This document shows, in pieces, positions 46,803 to 55,969 of a DNA stretch of 64,000 nucleotides. The position numbers were made by a program, and so were the translations under genes. Below the pieces are notes generated by a model, which had not been told where the DNA came from, did no database searches, and saw only the letters and a list, made by a program, of their open reading frames with translations. The stretch's first letter is position 1. Every line of letters starts with the position of its first letter. Source of the stretch: an uncultured Planctomycetaceae bacterium (GTDB lineage: Bacteria; Planctomycetota; Phycisphaerae; SM23-33); assembly GCA_964385465.1 (NCBI GenBank), contig CAYLPJ010000024.1, forward strand, positions 14,238 to 78,237, given 5' to 3'.

Positions 46803-49112
46803 TCACTCCCGCCACAGTTCGGTCAGCCAGACGGGCTTGTCGGCCGGCACCGAGAGCACGCCGTCGGCGCCGACCGTACCCTCGGCGAGGACGCGCTCGT
46901 TGAAGTCGATCATGCGCCAGCGCATCTCCGCCAGCGACTTGGCCGTGACGGTTCCGCCCACGCGCGTCACCAGCACGGGCGTGCGGCCGTAGTCCACCTT
47001 CCACTTCCCGCCCTGCCGCTCGATCTTGAGCCCGGTGTTGAAGCTCGATGCCACCAGGGCCAGGACGGCGCGGCGGCATTCTCCCAGCGGCTTGCCGTCC
47101 TCGCTGGCCAGCGTGAAGGACGTGAACCGCTCCTCCCCGGCGGGGTAGGGCGTCTGGGGGGGGTCGGCGTGGGTGACGTTGCCCAGCGTCACGCCGTTGT
47201 CGAACGCGACCGCCTCGGCGCCGTACTGGCCCAGGAAGCCCGTGTAGGCCGCGGCGCCGGGGGCGTCCATGACCACGTGCCCGCGCTGGTAGTCGAACGC
47301 GATGTCCGGGCTCGCCGACAACGGGCAGGGGCGCTCGAAGCCGTTGAACCGCGTCACCGGGCCGTCGACCTCGCCGAAGGACTCCTGCGTCGGGTCGATC
47401 ACGATCCGCATGCCGCGCGTGTACGTCGTCGCCATCATGTCCATCAGGCCCGTTCGGCCGTAGTCGCCGGCGTAGTCCATCGACCGCGGGTCCAGCAGGG
47501 CCGGGCGCCCCCAGGAGAAGACCGTCGGCTCGGGGGCGGGCCGTAGCAGGTGGTGGCGGAACAGCGCCCCGGCCGCCCGCATGGTCGCCTGCTCCAGCTC
47601 GTCGGTGGTGTAGTCGTACTGGAACGCGCCGGGCCCGGGCTTGGACAGCGGGCCGACGCTGTAGGGCGTCTCGCTGGTGAAGTCGTACTTGTTGAACGTC
47701 CAGTAGTGGTAGCAGGCGGCCGACCAGTCCTGGATGCTGGCCAGGGCGGCGATCCGCACGGGCCACTCGGCGCGATATTTCGACGGCGAGCCGAATTGCG
47801 TCTCGTAGCAGAGGAAGGGCTTGTCGGTGGCGCGGTTGTGCTCCAGCCAGGGCACGTCCTTGCACATCTGCGGCGGGGCGTCGAGGCCGGAGTAGAAGGG
47901 CCACCGCTTGTGCGACCGCGGCAGCTTGTCCAGCTCCAGGCCCTCCATGTAGCTGCAATGGCTGGTCGCGTCGGCCTGGAGATGCAGGTACTGCGACTGG
48001 ATGTTCTGCCCGATCCCCGTGTCGTACAGCAGCGGGCTCAGCCGGCAGCTCTTGCCCCAGCTCTTCAGCTCCGCAGCCCACCGCCGCTTGTGGGCCAGCA
48101 GCACGTCCAGGAAGAACGCGATCACGTCGTTGCCGCGAGCCACCGTGCAATCGTCCCGCCCGATCGGGTTGGCGATCTTGCGGAAGACCGCCACGGCCGC
48201 GGGGTTCGTGTCGTTCAGCTCCGCCGCCTCGGTCGCCCTGCGGAGCGGCGCCAGCAGGATCGTGCCCCGCCCGAGATCCTCGCCGGGGAACAGGAAGCCC
48301 CAGGCCTTGGCCAGGGCATCCTGGGTCTTGTACTTGTCGGTCAGCCAGGCGTTCCAGCGGCGGAGGAGGCTTCGGCGCAGCAAGGCCGGCAGCTTCCGCC
48401 AGTCGCCGCCGGTCATGTGGCTCATCCACCACTGCTCGTTGACCAGCTCCCAGACGACGAACGTCGGGTCGTCGGCGTGGCGGAGGCCCGTGTGGAGGTT
48501 CACGTGGTGGGCCTTCTGCTTCATCTGCGCGATGGCGGCGGCCTCGAGGCGCGGGTCCCACGCGACGGCGGGGGTCTTCAGCGACACGGCCGGGCGGCCC
48601 TTGCTCCAGTAGTGCTTGCGGCACATGCCCCGCACGGCGGCGACCCATTCGTCGGCCTCCTCGCCGTCGCCGGCGAGCCCGGCGACCTCGGGCAGGTCGT
48701 CGGCGTAGAGCCTCCCCCCGCCGAAGCCCGCCGCCCACAGCCGCACGCCCTGGCGGGCGCACTCGGCGACGAAGAAGTCCGACACGTCGGTGCCCGACAG
48801 GTCGCCCTTCTCGGCCGCGTCGTCGTAGGTCATGTGCCAGATGCGGAACATGTTGAAGCCGACGACCTTCGCCCGCCGCACGGCCTGGCGCTGACGGTAG
48901 TACGGGTCGCCGTCGATGGTCTCCCGCTTGCCGGGGAAGCTCCCGATGGCCGCCCAGAACCGCACGGGCTCCCCGGCGATGGCCAGGTGCCCGTCGCGGA
49001 CGGTGCAGTAGGCGTTGTCGGGTGGCAGCTCGCCGTCGGCGGCGGGCAGCGGGGCGGCGATCAGGGCCAGGCACAGCAGGCCGCCGAAGCGAAGGGCGCT
49101 CGGTACGTTCAT
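46803..49112 (-). CDS. Secreted hypothetical protein, possible clan GH-A glycoside hydrolase
   Basis: Signal peptide; RDGHL..G..VRFW, GFNMFRIWH, N.HTG....DDP....WELVNE and KPFLCYE motifs. Confidence 0.65.
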   Translation of the reverse strand: MNVPSALRFGGLLCLALIAAPLPAADGELPPDNAYCTVRDGHLAIAGEPVRFWAAIGSFPGKRETIDGDPYYRQRQAVRRAKVVGFNMFRIWHMTYDDAAEKGDLSGTDVSDFFVAECARQGVRLWAAGFGGGRLYADDLPEVAGLAGDGEEADEWVAAVRGMCRKHYWSKGRPAVSLKTPAVAWDPRLEAAAIAQMKQKAHHVNLHTGLRHADDPTFVVWELVNEQWWMSHMTGGDWRKLPALLRRSLLRRWNAWLTDKYKTQDALAKAWGFLFPGEDLGRGTILLAPLRRATEAAELNDTNPAAVAVFRKIANPIGRDDCTVARGNDVIAFFLDVLLAHKRRWAAELKSWGKSCRLSPLLYDTGIGQNIQSQYLHLQADATSHCSYMEGLELDKLPRSHKRWPFYSGLDAPPQMCKDVPWLEHNRATDKPFLCYETQFGSPSKYRAEWPVRIAALASIQDWSAACYHYWTFNKYDFTSETPYSVGPLSKPGPGAFQYDYTTDELEQATMRAAGALFRHHLLRPAPEPTVFSWGRPALLDPRSMDYAGDYGRTGLMDMMATTYTRGMRIVIDPTQESFGEVDGPVTRFNGFERPCPLSASPDIAFDYQRGHVVMDAPGAAAYTGFLGQYGAEAVAFDNGVTLGNVTHADPPQTPYPAGEERFTSFTLASEDGKPLGECRRAVLALVASSFNTGLKIERQGGKWKVDYGRTPVLVTRVGGTVTAKSLAEMRWRMIDFNERVLAEGTVGADGVLSVPADKPVWLTELWRE

Positions 49113-49256
49113 CGGTGGTCCTTTCCTTTGGATGCGAGCGCCGCGAGTATAGTGTCGCCCGGAGCCGGCGGCGAGGGTTCACTCCGGGCCCGCCGCGCGG
49201 TATCCTCCCCGCCAGCGGGGCCGAAGGACGAAGCGAACACTACCGGGAGACACACC

Positions 49257-50600
49257 GTGACCGACGAGCACCTGTACGAGCGGGCTCCGAAGCGGAACGT
49301 CGCGTACGATACCATCGTGGCCGGGGGCGGACCGGCGGCGATCGGCGCGGCGCTGGCGTCGGCGATGACCGGCGGGCGGACGCTGATTCTCGAGGCCCGC
49401 AGCCAGTTCGGCGGGACGGCGACGGCGGCGCTGTGGATGGAGATCAACTTCCTGTTCAAGGACAACGCGGAGACCGACCGCGGCGGCGTGCACACCGAGC
49501 TGATCGACGCCCTGCGGAGCTGGGGCCCGGACGCGTCGATCCCCGGCAAACGGAGCCCCAGGTCGCCGGGCAGCGGGGGCAACCTCAACGTCCACCCGGA
49601 ATACCTCAAGAAGGTGCTCTTCGACCTGTTCGAGAAGCACGGCATCGACTACCAGCTCTACAGCCCGGTGGTGGACGTGGAGAAGGACGGCGACCGCGTC
49701 ACCGGCGTGGTCGTCGCCGCCAAGGAGGGGCGGGTGACCTACCGCGGGCGGACGGTCGTCGACGCCACCGGCGACGGCGACGTGGCGTACCTCGCCGGCT
49801 GCGAGATGGCCGACGCCGGCGACGAGGAGACCGGCTGGCGCCCCCCGATGACGGTGGCGTGGGCGATCTGCAACGTGGACACCGACCGCTTCTGGGCGTG
49901 GCTGGAGCAGGGGGTCGAGCTGGACCGCCACCAGTACGAGCACTTCAACGCCCTGATCGGCGCCTTCCGCGAGAAGGGCTACAACCTGCCCGGCTGGGTG
50001 GGCCTCAACCGCACGACCATCCCCGGCGTGGTGTCGATCAACAACGGCACGTCGCTGAGCATGCACCTGGACGCCTCGAGGAGCGAGACGCGGACGCTGA
50101 TGGAGAAGATGGCCATCGACCAGGCGCTGGACTTCATCCGCTTCGCCCGCGAACAGAAGCTGCCCGGGCTGGAGCACGTCTGCCTGATGCGGACCGGCGG
50201 CTACGCGATGGCCCGCGACACGCGGAGGCTGGTCGGCATGTACCGCTTCAACAACACGGACGTCATGGAGGGCACCGAGTTCGACGACGCCGTCGCCAGC
50301 AAGTACGGCGGCAGCGACCCGGTCGGGGGGCAGAGGCCCTACACGGCCATCAAGCAGGGGGCGCCGTTCCCGTACCGCTCGCTGCTGCCGCGGACGGTCG
50401 ACGGGCTGCTCGTAGCCGGGCGGTGCAGTTCGGCGACGATGCTGGGGCATTACGGCGGCAAGAGCATGGGCAACATGATCTCGATCGGCCAGGCCGCGGG
50501 GATCGCCGGGGCACTGTGCGCCCGGGAGGACGTCCTGCCGCGGGAGCTGGACGTCAAGCTCATCCAGCAGCGCCTGGCGGAAATGAACGCGGCGCTGTAG
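49257..50600 (+). CDS. FAD-dependent oxidoreductase (FAD_oxidored-like)
   Basis: YDTIVAGGGPA, VDATGDGD, RDTRRL.G, PYRSLLP..GLLVAGRC and GQAAG motifs; GTG start with GGGAG SD. Confidence 0.88.
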   Translation: MTDEHLYERAPKRNVAYDTIVAGGGPAAIGAALASAMTGGRTLILEARSQFGGTATAALWMEINFLFKDNAETDRGGVHTELIDALRSWGPDASIPGKRSPRSPGSGGNLNVHPEYLKKVLFDLFEKHGIDYQLYSPVVDVEKDGDRVTGVVVAAKEGRVTYRGRTVVDATGDGDVAYLAGCEMADAGDEETGWRPPMTVAWAICNVDTDRFWAWLEQGVELDRHQYEHFNALIGAFREKGYNLPGWVGLNRTTIPGVVSINNGTSLSMHLDASRSETRTLMEKMAIDQALDFIRFAREQKLPGLEHVCLMRTGGYAMARDTRRLVGMYRFNNTDVMEGTEFDDAVASKYGGSDPVGGQRPYTAIKQGAPFPYRSLLPRTVDGLLVAGRCSSATMLGHYGGKSMGNMISIGQAAGIAGALCAREDVLPRELDVKLIQQRLAEMNAAL

Positions 50601-50639
50601 TCCTTCCGGACCGGCACCCGGTCGCAAAGGAGCGTGAGC

Positions 50640-50945
50640 ATGTACATCGTCAGCGTGACCGTATTCGTCAACGAGGGCGACGAGGACGCATTCGTCGCCG
50701 CCACACTCGACAACGCACGCAACACGCGGCAGGAAGAGGGCAACGTGCGGTTCGACGTCGCCCGGTGCGTGGACGGCCCCGGGCGCTTCCTGCTCTACGA
50801 GGTCTACCGCACGCCGGAGGACTTCGCCGCACACCAGCGGACAGACCACTACCTCCGCTGGCGCCAGGCCGTCGCGAACCTGATGGCCCGGCCGCGGGAG
50901 GGCGTCAAGCACGAGAGCGTCTTCTTCGGCGACGGGGAGGGCTAG
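50640..50945 (+). CDS. Antibiotic biosynthesis monooxygenase (ABM)/LsrG-like protein
   Basis: NARNTRQEEGNVRFDV, FLLYEVY and AAHQRTDHY..W motifs. Confidence 0.85.
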   Translation: MYIVSVTVFVNEGDEDAFVAATLDNARNTRQEEGNVRFDVARCVDGPGRFLLYEVYRTPEDFAAHQRTDHYLRWRQAVANLMARPREGVKHESVFFGDGEG

Positions 50946-50946
50946 C

Positions 50947-52149
50947 GTGGCCCCCGGGGCCGACGGGGGCGCCGTCGCCTTCGATATGCTCTGCGTCGAG
51001 CGCGTGGTCTTCGGGCCCGGGCGCGTCGAGGAGCTGCCCGCCCTCGCCGCCGGCCTCGGGCGGCGCGTGCTGCTGGTCACCAACGCGGGGGACGTCGGCG
51101 CGGGGACGACCACCGACCGCGTGGCCGGGCTGCTGGAGGCCGGCAAGCTGGAAGTCACCTGCTGCCGCCACCGCGGCGAGCCGACGGTGGCGTCCGTCGC
51201 CGAGGCCCTCGCCACCGCACGGGCCGCCGACTGCGACGCCGTCGTCGCCCTCGGCGGGGGCAGCGCCATCGACGCCGGCAAGGCCGTCGCCGCACTCCTG
51301 ACCAACCCCGGCGAGCCGTTGGACTACATGGAGGTCGTCGGACGCGGGCACAACATCACCCGCCCGGCCGCGCCCTGGCTGGCCGTGCCCACCACCGCCG
51401 GCACCGGCGCGGAGGTCACCAGGAATGCCGTCGTCGCAAGCACCGACCACGGCGTCAAGGCGTCCATCCGCGGGGCCGAACTGCTCGCCAGGGCCGTGCT
51501 CGTGGACCCCGAGCTGCACGTTCGGGTGCGCCCGGCCGTGACGGCCTCGGCGGGGATGGACGCGTTCTGCCAGCTCGTCGAGGCCTACACCTCCCGCAAC
51601 GCCCAGCCGGTGACCGACGCGGTGGCACACGCCGGCCTGGTCCGGGTGGCCGGGAGCTTGCGGCGGGCCTACGCCGACGGTGAGGACCTGCCCGCCCGCG
51701 CGGACATGGCCCTGGCGGCGATGCTCAGCGGCTTCGCGCTGACCAACGCCGGGCTCGGCGCCGCCCACGGCTTCGCCGGGCCCCTCGGCGGAATGCTCCA
51801 GGCCCCCCACGGGATGGTCTGCGCCGCCCTGCTGCCGCACGTGATGGCCGCCAACCTCCGCGCCGCCCGCGCCGGCGGAGACGGCGGGCGACTCATCGTC
51901 CGTTACGCCGACGTCGGGCGCGCCCTCGGCTGCGACGCCGCCGACGACGATGGTGCCGCCGACGCGGCCGTCGAGGCCGTCGGCGAGCTCGCCTGCGACT
52001 TGCTCATCCCGCCGCTGAGGGAATTCGGCCTGACGGGCGAGCACGTCGAGGCGGTGGTCGCCCAAGCGCGGAAGTCCAGTTCGATGCGGTACAACCCCGT
52101 CGCCCTCGACGAGCAGGCCCTCGCGGCCATCCTTCACGCGGCGATGTAG
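50947..52149 (+). CDS. Iron-containing alcohol dehydrogenase
   Basis: GEPT, GGGSAIDAGK, PTTAGTGAEVT, GAAHG and PHG motifs. Confidence 0.92.
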   Translation: MAPGADGGAVAFDMLCVERVVFGPGRVEELPALAAGLGRRVLLVTNAGDVGAGTTTDRVAGLLEAGKLEVTCCRHRGEPTVASVAEALATARAADCDAVVALGGGSAIDAGKAVAALLTNPGEPLDYMEVVGRGHNITRPAAPWLAVPTTAGTGAEVTRNAVVASTDHGVKASIRGAELLARAVLVDPELHVRVRPAVTASAGMDAFCQLVEAYTSRNAQPVTDAVAHAGLVRVAGSLRRAYADGEDLPARADMALAAMLSGFALTNAGLGAAHGFAGPLGGMLQAPHGMVCAALLPHVMAANLRAARAGGDGGRLIVRYADVGRALGCDAADDDGAADAAVEAVGELACDLLIPPLREFGLTGEHVEAVVAQARKSSSMRYNPVALDEQALAAILHAAM

Positions 52150-52168
52150 CCCCGCGGAGGCAGGGGGG

Positions 52169-54553
52169 TCACTCCGGCAGCGACACGAGATGCGGCGTGC
52201 TGAACGCCAGCGCCGGGGCGTCCTGGTACGCCGAGTCGGCCTCGACCGCTACGCACGCCCACGCCCGCGACGGGCCGTAGTACCCGGCCGACAGCTCTAC
52301 CGTCGCTCGCCGCCCGTCCAGGTCCGTCCAGGGCCCGAGCTGCCCGTTCATCAGCAGCGCCGCCCGCCGCAGCTCGCCCGCGGCGGCGATCTCCGCGCGG
52401 ACGGTCAACCGGTCCACGACGGGCGCGTCGGCCCCCATCGGCCGGCCTGCGAGGTCCGTCCAGACCGCCAGCTTGGCGTTCTGGCAGGCGACGGTCTTCC
52501 GCTGCCAGAGGGCCCGCCAGACGCCCTCGGCCGTCGGCTCGTCGGCCCAGATGCCGGTGATGCAGTAGTGGTTCACGCCCCGCCCGCCGTTGTGGTCGCT
52601 GCCGCCCAGCAGCCCCAGCCGCGCGCCGAGGTCCAGGAAGTTCGCCGGAAACGCCTCCAGGCCGGGGTCGTTCGGCGTCTGGTTGAGCATCGAGCAGCCG
52701 CGGTTCTGCATGGCCTCGGCGGCGATCTCAAGGTCCGCCGCGTGGTCCGTCCCCACCAGCCCGCTCGTGGGCGAGCCGCCCTGCCAGAAGCCGCCGTGGA
52801 AGTGCCTCACGGCCGCGACGGACCCGGCGGGCAGCTCGCGGCGGATGCGGCGGTAGATTTCGTGGCGGGCGCGGACGCGGTAGACGATCCGCCACAGCCG
52901 CTCGGCGACCTGGCGGTCGATGGCGTAGAAGTTCGTGTGGTGGTCGGGGAAGGTGCCCGGCTCGCAGCCGTAGAGGACGATGCAGTCGTCGCCGGCCTCG
53001 GCCTCCAGCACGTCGTAGGTGTAGTGCATCTCGCGCTGGCTCATCAGGTGAACATGGTCGGCGAAGGTCAGCACGCGGCAGCCGAGCACGTCGCGTTGGA
53101 AGCGGGCCACCTCCCCCGGCGAGCCGTCCATCGAGGCCATGCACTTGGAGTAGCTCGTGTGCGGGTGCATGTCGCACCAGAGCAGCACGTGCCCGGCGGG
53201 GGAGGGCGCGCCCGGCGGGTCGGGGGCGATGCCCGACCAGCTCGGCGGGAGGATCGCCACGCCCCGGCGGTCGGGCGGGATCTCCGCCGGCGGGGCTGCG
53301 GCCGAGAGGTCCAACCGGCGGACCGCCACCGCTGGGGCGGTGGGGCGCTTGGGCACGCCGCCGCCGGAGAAGTCCCCCCGCGCCTCCTCGGCGAACGTCC
53401 GCGGGGCGGCCTGGTCGAATACCGGCTGGACCAGCAGCAGGCCCTCGGCGGCGGCGAGCAGGTGGTAGGGCAGGTCGCCGGAGCCGAACCGTTCGCCCAG
53501 CCGCACGGGCGGAGACCAGCCGGCCCCGTCTCGAACGATCGCCAGCACGTCCCAGCCGAAGCTCTTGAACCCTCGCGGGCGGAAGGCGCGGAACGCCACC
53601 GCGGCCCGGCCGTCATGCCACGCCAGCCGCGGCGTGATCGGCGGGACGTTCACGTACCGGGTCCTGGCCATCGGGCTGCGGCGGGCGTCGGCGAACGCGC
53701 ACGTGCTCGGGGGCAGGACGCCGTTGGCGGTCGCCTCCGCGGGCTCGAAGCCCCCCGCGCGGGGCCGGTACGTCCACAGGCCCAGCCGCCGGTGCATGCC
53801 GATCAGCTCGTGGTGGCCCCACCGGGGGGACAGCTCCGCCGCGACGAGCAGGCGCTCGCCGTCGGGCTCCCCGAGCAGGTCCGCGTGCAGAAGGTAGCCG
53901 TCGTCGGCTTCCAGGACGGCATCGCGCCCGTCGCCGAGCACGTCCCGCAGGACCAGGTCGATCCGGTCGCGGGCGATCCGCTCGCCCAGCAGCCAGAGCC
54001 GCCCGCCGATCGACCGCAGCAGGCCGGACGCCAGGTCGCACTCGGCGACGCACCGGCCGGCGGCGTCGAGGACGCGCGTGACCCGCCCGCCCTCGCCGTC
54101 GGAGAACCGGCAGGCGACGAAGGGCCGGCCCTCGTGCAGCGCCGCTGCCGGGGCGGCCGGCGCGGCGGGGCCCCGGTAGACGTCCGCCGTCTCCCCGCCG
54201 GCGAGCAGGCGAAGCCGCCATGTGCCCTCGACCCGCTGGGACCATGCCACGACGGGACCGTCGCCCGGCTCGGCCGGCGCGGCGGGCCCGAGCACGCGAT
54301 CGGGGTCCTCGGCCAGGTCGCGCACGTCCCCGCCGACCGAGAGCACCAGCCCGCGAGGGCGCAGGGCATCCAGGGCGGCCCGCCACTGCCGCTCGGTCCG
54401 GCCGGGGCGGAGGGCGAACTTCTCCGGCGGCTGCTCGACGGTGAACTCCTCGTCGCAGCCGCGGCGGGTCAGCGCGGCGACGTACCAGCCGCCGTCGGTC
54501 GTGACGCCCGCGGCGGACTCGAACCCGTCGGGGATCGCGTGGGGCAGGGCCAT
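52169..54553 (-). CDS. Hypothetical protein with C-terminal PHP-like metallohydrolase domain
   Basis: W.DMHPHTSYS..DG, ADH, GCE, HHTN and GGSDHN motifs. Confidence 0.65.
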   Translation of the reverse strand: MALPHAIPDGFESAAGVTTDGGWYVAALTRRGCDEEFTVEQPPEKFALRPGRTERQWRAALDALRPRGLVLSVGGDVRDLAEDPDRVLGPAAPAEPGDGPVVAWSQRVEGTWRLRLLAGGETADVYRGPAAPAAPAAALHEGRPFVACRFSDGEGGRVTRVLDAAGRCVAECDLASGLLRSIGGRLWLLGERIARDRIDLVLRDVLGDGRDAVLEADDGYLLHADLLGEPDGERLLVAAELSPRWGHHELIGMHRRLGLWTYRPRAGGFEPAEATANGVLPPSTCAFADARRSPMARTRYVNVPPITPRLAWHDGRAAVAFRAFRPRGFKSFGWDVLAIVRDGAGWSPPVRLGERFGSGDLPYHLLAAAEGLLLVQPVFDQAAPRTFAEEARGDFSGGGVPKRPTAPAVAVRRLDLSAAAPPAEIPPDRRGVAILPPSWSGIAPDPPGAPSPAGHVLLWCDMHPHTSYSKCMASMDGSPGEVARFQRDVLGCRVLTFADHVHLMSQREMHYTYDVLEAEAGDDCIVLYGCEPGTFPDHHTNFYAIDRQVAERLWRIVYRVRARHEIYRRIRRELPAGSVAAVRHFHGGFWQGGSPTSGLVGTDHAADLEIAAEAMQNRGCSMLNQTPNDPGLEAFPANFLDLGARLGLLGGSDHNGGRGVNHYCITGIWADEPTAEGVWRALWQRKTVACQNAKLAVWTDLAGRPMGADAPVVDRLTVRAEIAAAGELRRAALLMNGQLGPWTDLDGRRATVELSAGYYGPSRAWACVAVEADSAYQDAPALAFSTPHLVSLPE

Positions 54554-54593
54554 CGGTGCGGCGCTCCTTTCTCGCCCGCGCGGGACCGCGCGG

Positions 54594-55913
54594 CTACGGC
54601 GACGGGGCCGTGGCCGGCATCGTCGCGGGCCTCGCGGCCGGCATGGTGGCCGTCAGCGGGGCGTAGAGGGCGAGCTTCCTGGTCCGTTTCGGCTGATCGG
54701 GCTGAAGCGCCAGGCTGCGCCGCCAGGCGGCGACGGCCTTGGCGAGCATGGCGTCCTCGCCGGTTGCGCGGTGGGTGGCCAGGCAGGCGTCGCCGAGGCG
54801 GGCGAAGACCTCCGCATCCTCCGGCGCCAGCGCCGCCGCCCGCTCCAGCGCCAGCACGGCCCGGCCGAAGCTGCCCGCCGCCATCGCCGCCGACGCCAGG
54901 TTCAGCCGCACCGCCACGCCGCGCGGCTCCAGCTTGGCGGCCTCGGCGTAGGCGGCGGCCGCGTCGTCGGCCCGGCCGAGGTCCAGCAGCACCTCCGCCC
55001 GCAGCGTGTGGGCCGAGGGCAGGTGGGGGGCGCGCTCGATAACCTCCCGCCAGGTCCGCTCGGCCTGGTGGAGCTTGCCCTGGGCCTGGTGGAGCGTGGC
55101 GAGGTTGTACCACGCCCGGACGCGGTCGCCGTGCCGTCCCAGCAGGGCGCGGTACTGCTGCTCGGCGGCGTAGAAGTTCCTCGCCCGCGAGTAGGTCACG
55201 GCCAGGTTGAAGCGTGCGGTCGCGTCGTCGGGGTCGGCGCCGAGGATGGCGCGGTAGACCGGGATGGCCTCGTGGTGCCTGCCCGCCGCGGCCAGGGCGA
55301 TCGCCAGCGCCCGCAGCGCGTCGGTGTCCGCGGGGGCCAGGTCCACCGCGCGGTACATGCAGCTTACGGCCGTGTCGTAGTCCTCCCGGGCCAGCGCCCG
55401 GTCGCCGGCGGCGATGTGCGTCCGCGGGTCCCGGTCGGCGGCGACGACCGCACGCGTCATCGCACGTCGAAGGTCCGCCTTCAGCCGCCGCCACGTCCGC
55501 GTGTCCAGCACCTGCCCGCTCAGGAGCCGCCGGGCCGTGCCGACGCTCGCCGACGCGCCGGGGCCCGTGGTCGGCTGCGTCGCCGCCGGCGGGCGGGGCG
55601 CTGCGCCGGCCGCGGGGGCAGCAAGCCCCGCCGGGGCCGTCGCGGGCCGGCTGACCGGCCGGGTTGCCGGGCCCGTCGCCGGGCGGGTCGCCAGGGGGTT
55701 CGCCCCGGCGGTCGACGTCGCCGGCAGCGTGACAGGCAGGTCCACGACCCGCCCGGCGCCGGGGGCGGTCGCCGGGAGGGACACGTCCACGATCTGCCCG
55801 CGCTCCGCCGGCCGGGTTGCCGGCGGGGCCGGGGGCGACGGCTCGTCGCCGCAGCCGGCGAGCACGGCGGCCAGCAGGAGCAGCCGCGCGGGATGGCGGG
55901 TCCGGTCAGGCAT
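54594..55913 (-). CDS. TPR-repeat lipoprotein with ATxP low-complexity N-terminus
   Basis: Lipobox LAGC; ATRP/ATQP/ATGP repeats; several TPRs (ARFNLA, AWYNLA, AL.L.PD). Confidence 0.8.
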   Translation of the reverse strand: MPDRTRHPARLLLLAAVLAGCGDEPSPPAPPATRPAERGQIVDVSLPATAPGAGRVVDLPVTLPATSTAGANPLATRPATGPATRPVSRPATAPAGLAAPAAGAAPRPPAATQPTTGPGASASVGTARRLLSGQVLDTRTWRRLKADLRRAMTRAVVAADRDPRTHIAAGDRALAREDYDTAVSCMYRAVDLAPADTDALRALAIALAAAGRHHEAIPVYRAILGADPDDATARFNLAVTYSRARNFYAAEQQYRALLGRHGDRVRAWYNLATLHQAQGKLHQAERTWREVIERAPHLPSAHTLRAEVLLDLGRADDAAAAYAEAAKLEPRGVAVRLNLASAAMAAGSFGRAVLALERAAALAPEDAEVFARLGDACLATHRATGEDAMLAKAVAAWRRSLALQPDQPKRTRKLALYAPLTATMPAARPATMPATAPSP

Positions 55914-55969
55914 CGGGGCGGGCATTCTAGCATTCCCGCGCCGCGGTGGCCAGCCCGGCGAGAGGCCCG

